A stretch of 64,000 nucleotides of DNA. It comes from Phoronis australis (lineage: Eukaryota; Animalia; Phoronida). The notes below the pieces were generated by a model. It did not search any database. It was not told the origin of the DNA and saw only the letters and a list, made by a program, of their open reading frames with translations. Of the stretch, positions 63,901 through 64,000 are shown piece by piece. How positions within the stretch are numbered: the first letter of the stretch is position 1; every line of letters begins with the position of its first letter. Location: NCBI GenBank assembly GCA_002633005.1, contig NMRA01000151.1:1-64000 (forward strand), read 5' to 3'. The position numbers and the translations under genes were made by a program.

Positions 63901-64000
63901 TAACGGACTAGTCCTAGATATGACAACTTGGTCATTTTTCACGCCACGTGTCTGGGTCAAACTGTCCGAGCTAGTAACAGGAACTACTAGAGGTTTTTGT
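24872..64000 (-). CDS. TAF4: Transcription initiation factor TFIID subunit 4, multi-exon gene, 5' end outside the window
   Basis: Hand-spliced GT-AG exons with compatible phases give QLPPGAVLVKNDQGQLVMV; a TAFH/NHR1 domain (ENVTKCRNFLSTLIKLA...EPEKFTTELQEALSSSPQPYLVPFLKKSLPYLRQ); DDDDINDVATMGGVNLSEE; a histone fold (DVINLISHATQERLR); QREANLTALNAIGPRKKRK; and C-terminal RIKRVNLRDLLFILEQE. All are characteristic of metazoan TAF4. Confidence 0.96.
25718..27240 (+). mobile_element. Helentron-like family 2, diverged or nested copies in the last TAF4 intron
   Basis: 5' ends AACAAGAGCAACGCAGAGC at 25718 and about 26526; monomers with GCCACTAGGGGGCAC at 27060. Confidence 0.65.
27689..27980. mobile_element. 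Solo LTR (292 bp), present only in the lower duplicate
   Basis: TGTGAC...GTTACA termini, 4-bp TSD TTAC (27685-27688 and 27981-27984); empty site with a single TTAC at about 39253. Confidence 0.8.
28160..29337. mobile_element. Non-autonomous TIR element with a 2-bp AT TSD (ISL2EU-like), present only in the lower duplicate
   Basis: Imperfect TIRs AGCTCATTTGCGAGTTT / AAACTCGCAAAAGGCCT; subterminal GTGACGTCAC at both ends; empty site AAAATTTA-AT-TTAAGATTAG at 39421-39440. Confidence 0.8.
29420..29467 (-). CDS. TAF4: TAF4 exon N', duplicate copy
   Basis: Same sequence as 39511-39558. Confidence 0.78.
29929..30036 (-). CDS. TAF4: TAF4 exon M', duplicate copy
   Basis: Same peptide as 40008-40115. 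Confidence 0.88.
32294..32350 (-). CDS. TAF4: TAF4 exon L', duplicate copy
   Basis: Same peptide as 43509-43565. Confidence 0.87.
32974..33099 (-). CDS. TAF4: TAF4 exon K', duplicate copy
   Basis: Same peptide as 45427-45552, with several synonymous differences (AGG/AGA, CTG/TTG, GAG/GAA, GAT/GAC, AAG/AAA). Confidence 0.88.
33401..33531 (-). CDS. TAF4: TAF4 exon J', duplicate copy
   Basis: Same peptide and splice sites as 45854-45984. Confidence 0.88.
34845..35017 (-). CDS. TAF4: TAF4 exon I', duplicate (lower) copy
   Basis: Same peptide and splice sites as 47316-47488; one synonymous difference seen (AAC/AAT). Confidence 0.88.
36426..39008 (-). mobile_element. Probable decayed DNA transposon (THAP-like remnant), truncated by the gap; unique to the upper duplicate
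   Basis: Homology with the lower copy stops at an AT (39009-39010 versus 27492-27493); the minus strand at 38891-38770 reads YYC*FPWCKSSTSGHKFLKDLELLYLWTIAVK, resembling a THAP domain start. Confidence 0.45.
39511..39558 (-). CDS. TAF4: TAF4 exon N (GGSTLLGTAGSTPNRA), upper copy
   Basis: 48 nt, TTTTACAG acceptor and GTAAGT donor, phase 0-0. Confidence 0.8.
40008..40115 (-). CDS. TAF4: TAF4 exon M (LQQAEMEEVRQREANLTALNAIGPRKKRKIESDAGQ), upper copy
   Basis: 108 nt, phase 0-0; ANLTAL.AIGPRKKRK motif. Confidence 0.93.
42428..42939. mobile_element. hAT-like MITE (~510 bp)
   Basis: TIR CAGGGCTTGGAAT / ATTCCAAGCCCTG; homologous to 59158-59665; flanks ATTCTG / ATTTTG. Confidence 0.85.
43509..43565 (-). 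CDS. TAF4: TAF4 exon L (SRSKHEDPEQLKLKQKAKE), upper copy
   Basis: 57 nt, phase 0-0, TTTTTCAG acceptor. Confidence 0.92.
44029..45262 (+). mobile_element. Helentron-like family 2 insertion present only in the upper duplicate (contains a 233-N gap)
   Basis: AACAAGAGCAACGC start, (GGAC)n, terminal hairpin; empty site CAGAAAAAATC at 32810-32820 in the lower copy; no TSD. Confidence 0.8.
44422..44654. other. Assembly gap (233 N)
   Basis: Run of N; smaller gaps at 17334 and 36424-36425. Confidence 0.99.
45427..45552 (-). CDS. TAF4: TAF4 exon K (SDSRFEVSEDVRAQLKFLEELD...LLRAAK), upper copy
   Basis: 126 nt, phase 0-0, GTAAGC donor. Confidence 0.93.
45854..45984 (-). CDS. TAF4: TAF4 exon J, histone fold (AKKHGLSDVPQDVINLISHATQERLR...), upper copy
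   Basis: 131 nt, phase 1-0, TTTCAG acceptor and GTAGG donor. Confidence 0.93.
47316..47488 (-). CDS. TAF4: TAF4 exon I (DDDDINDVATMGGVNLSEESRNIL...), upper copy
   Basis: 173 nt, phase 2-1, GTGAGT donor; start of the conserved TAF4 domain. Confidence 0.93.
50061..50302 (-). CDS. TAF4: TAF4 exon H (GTGVQQPRYNPAQLTLL...HKEKRKFESL)
   Basis: CTCTCCCTACAG acceptor, GTGAGT donor, 242 nt, phase 0-2, which joins the DDDDIND exon correctly. Confidence 0.87.
51220..52291 (+). mobile_element. Helentron-like family 2, diverged copy
   Basis: ACAAGAGCAAC start, degenerate monomers, GGACAGAGACGAC followed by a hairpin-like end. Confidence 0.6.
52795..52878 (-). CDS. TAF4: Probable TAF4 exon G (RMGKKPTPELLQQLHAIHQMQKRAKAGE), possibly a cassette exon
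   Basis: CTAAC branch point followed by a CCCTTCTCTTCTAG acceptor, GAG|GTACT donor, 84 nt, phase 0-0, Q-rich like its neighbours; no recognisable conserved motif. Confidence 0.6.
54711..55777 (+). mobile_element. Helentron-like family 2, complete copy
   Basis: 5' hairpin CAACGC-GGAGA-GCGTTG; monomer array; perfect 13-bp 3' hairpin TATGCACCACATA-TAAA-TATGTGGTGCATA (55744-55773) followed by an A-run. Confidence 0.78.
55982..58362 (+). mobile_element. Helentron-like family 2 copy or copies, interrupted by unrelated sequence at about 56450-57295
   Basis: 5' ends at 55982 and about 56391; well-conserved monomers 57300-58300; 3' hairpin at about 58330-58361. Confidence 0.68.
58754..58939 (-). CDS. 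TAF4: TAF4 exon F (KSLPYLRQSLFNNEFTIEGVRPPP...QLQQLK)
   Basis: TTACAG acceptor, GTATT donor, 186 nt, phase 0-0; completes the TAFH domain. Confidence 0.9.
59158..59665. mobile_element. hAT-like MITE (~510 bp), second copy
   Basis: Same TIR; flanks TATAAA / TATAAA. Confidence 0.85.
60021..60110 (-). CDS. TAF4: TAF4 exon E, second half of the TAFH domain (DGNLEPEKFTTELQEALSSSPQPYLVPFLK)
   Basis: TGTAG acceptor, GT donor, 90 nt, phase 0-0; SSPQPYLVPFLK motif. Confidence 0.93.
60776..60936 (-). CDS. TAF4: TAF4 exon D, first half of the TAFH domain
   Basis: CTTCCAG acceptor, GTATGT donor, 161 nt, phase 1-0; ENVTKCRNFLSTLIKLAAKQPKETVIKVKKLIQDLV. Confidence 0.92.
61515..61683 (-). CDS. TAF4: TAF4 exon C (TVTSGTQVVSAAGPG...VVGIRPQTK)
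   Basis: TTTGCAG acceptor, GTAAC donor, 169 nt, phase 0-1. Confidence 0.85.
62152..62280 (-). CDS. TAF4: TAF4 exon B (IRLPPGLQLPPGAVLVKNDQGQLVMVAQQQIRNQQVSVVRIPM)
   Basis: TAG acceptor, GTAAGC donor, 129 nt, phase 0-0; matches the TAF4 QLPPGxVLV..xGQL motif. Not in the ORF track. Confidence 0.88.
63583..64000 (-). CDS. TAF4: TAF4 exon A (partial; low-complexity N-terminal region, ...SLAPRLIQNPVRITTPQARVIAPSPG)
   Basis: Frame open to the window edge; GTGAGT donor at 63582-63577, phase 0. Confidence 0.85.

Overview
AT-rich, repeat-dense animal genomic DNA (probably a highly heterozygous invertebrate; species cannot be named from sequence) with assembly gaps at 17334, 36424-36425 and 44422-44654. 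The only clear host gene is an intron-rich TAF4 (TFIID subunit 4) on the minus strand. It enters from beyond 64000 and stops at 24872, and its exons can be spliced by hand with consistent phases (TAFH domain, histone fold, conserved C-terminus). Six 3' exons occur twice (27492-36423 and 39009-48893). The lower copy ends at an NN gap, so this is most likely two haplotypes assembled in tandem, which exposes several insertion/empty-site pairs. The rest is mobile DNA: a young Penelope-like (probably Naiad-type) retroelement in inverted configuration with a 12-bp TSD and minimal hammerhead ribozymes; a decayed Academ transposon with TIRs and a 3-bp TSD; an orphan BEL/Pao integrase fragment; a solo LTR; several MITEs; and two Helentron-like (HINE-type) families with internal tandem arrays. 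One of those families carries a CTCF-consensus-like motif in nearly every ~150-bp monomer. I found no convincing wholly new system. The CTCF-motif arrays and the ribozyme-bearing PLE are the best leads.
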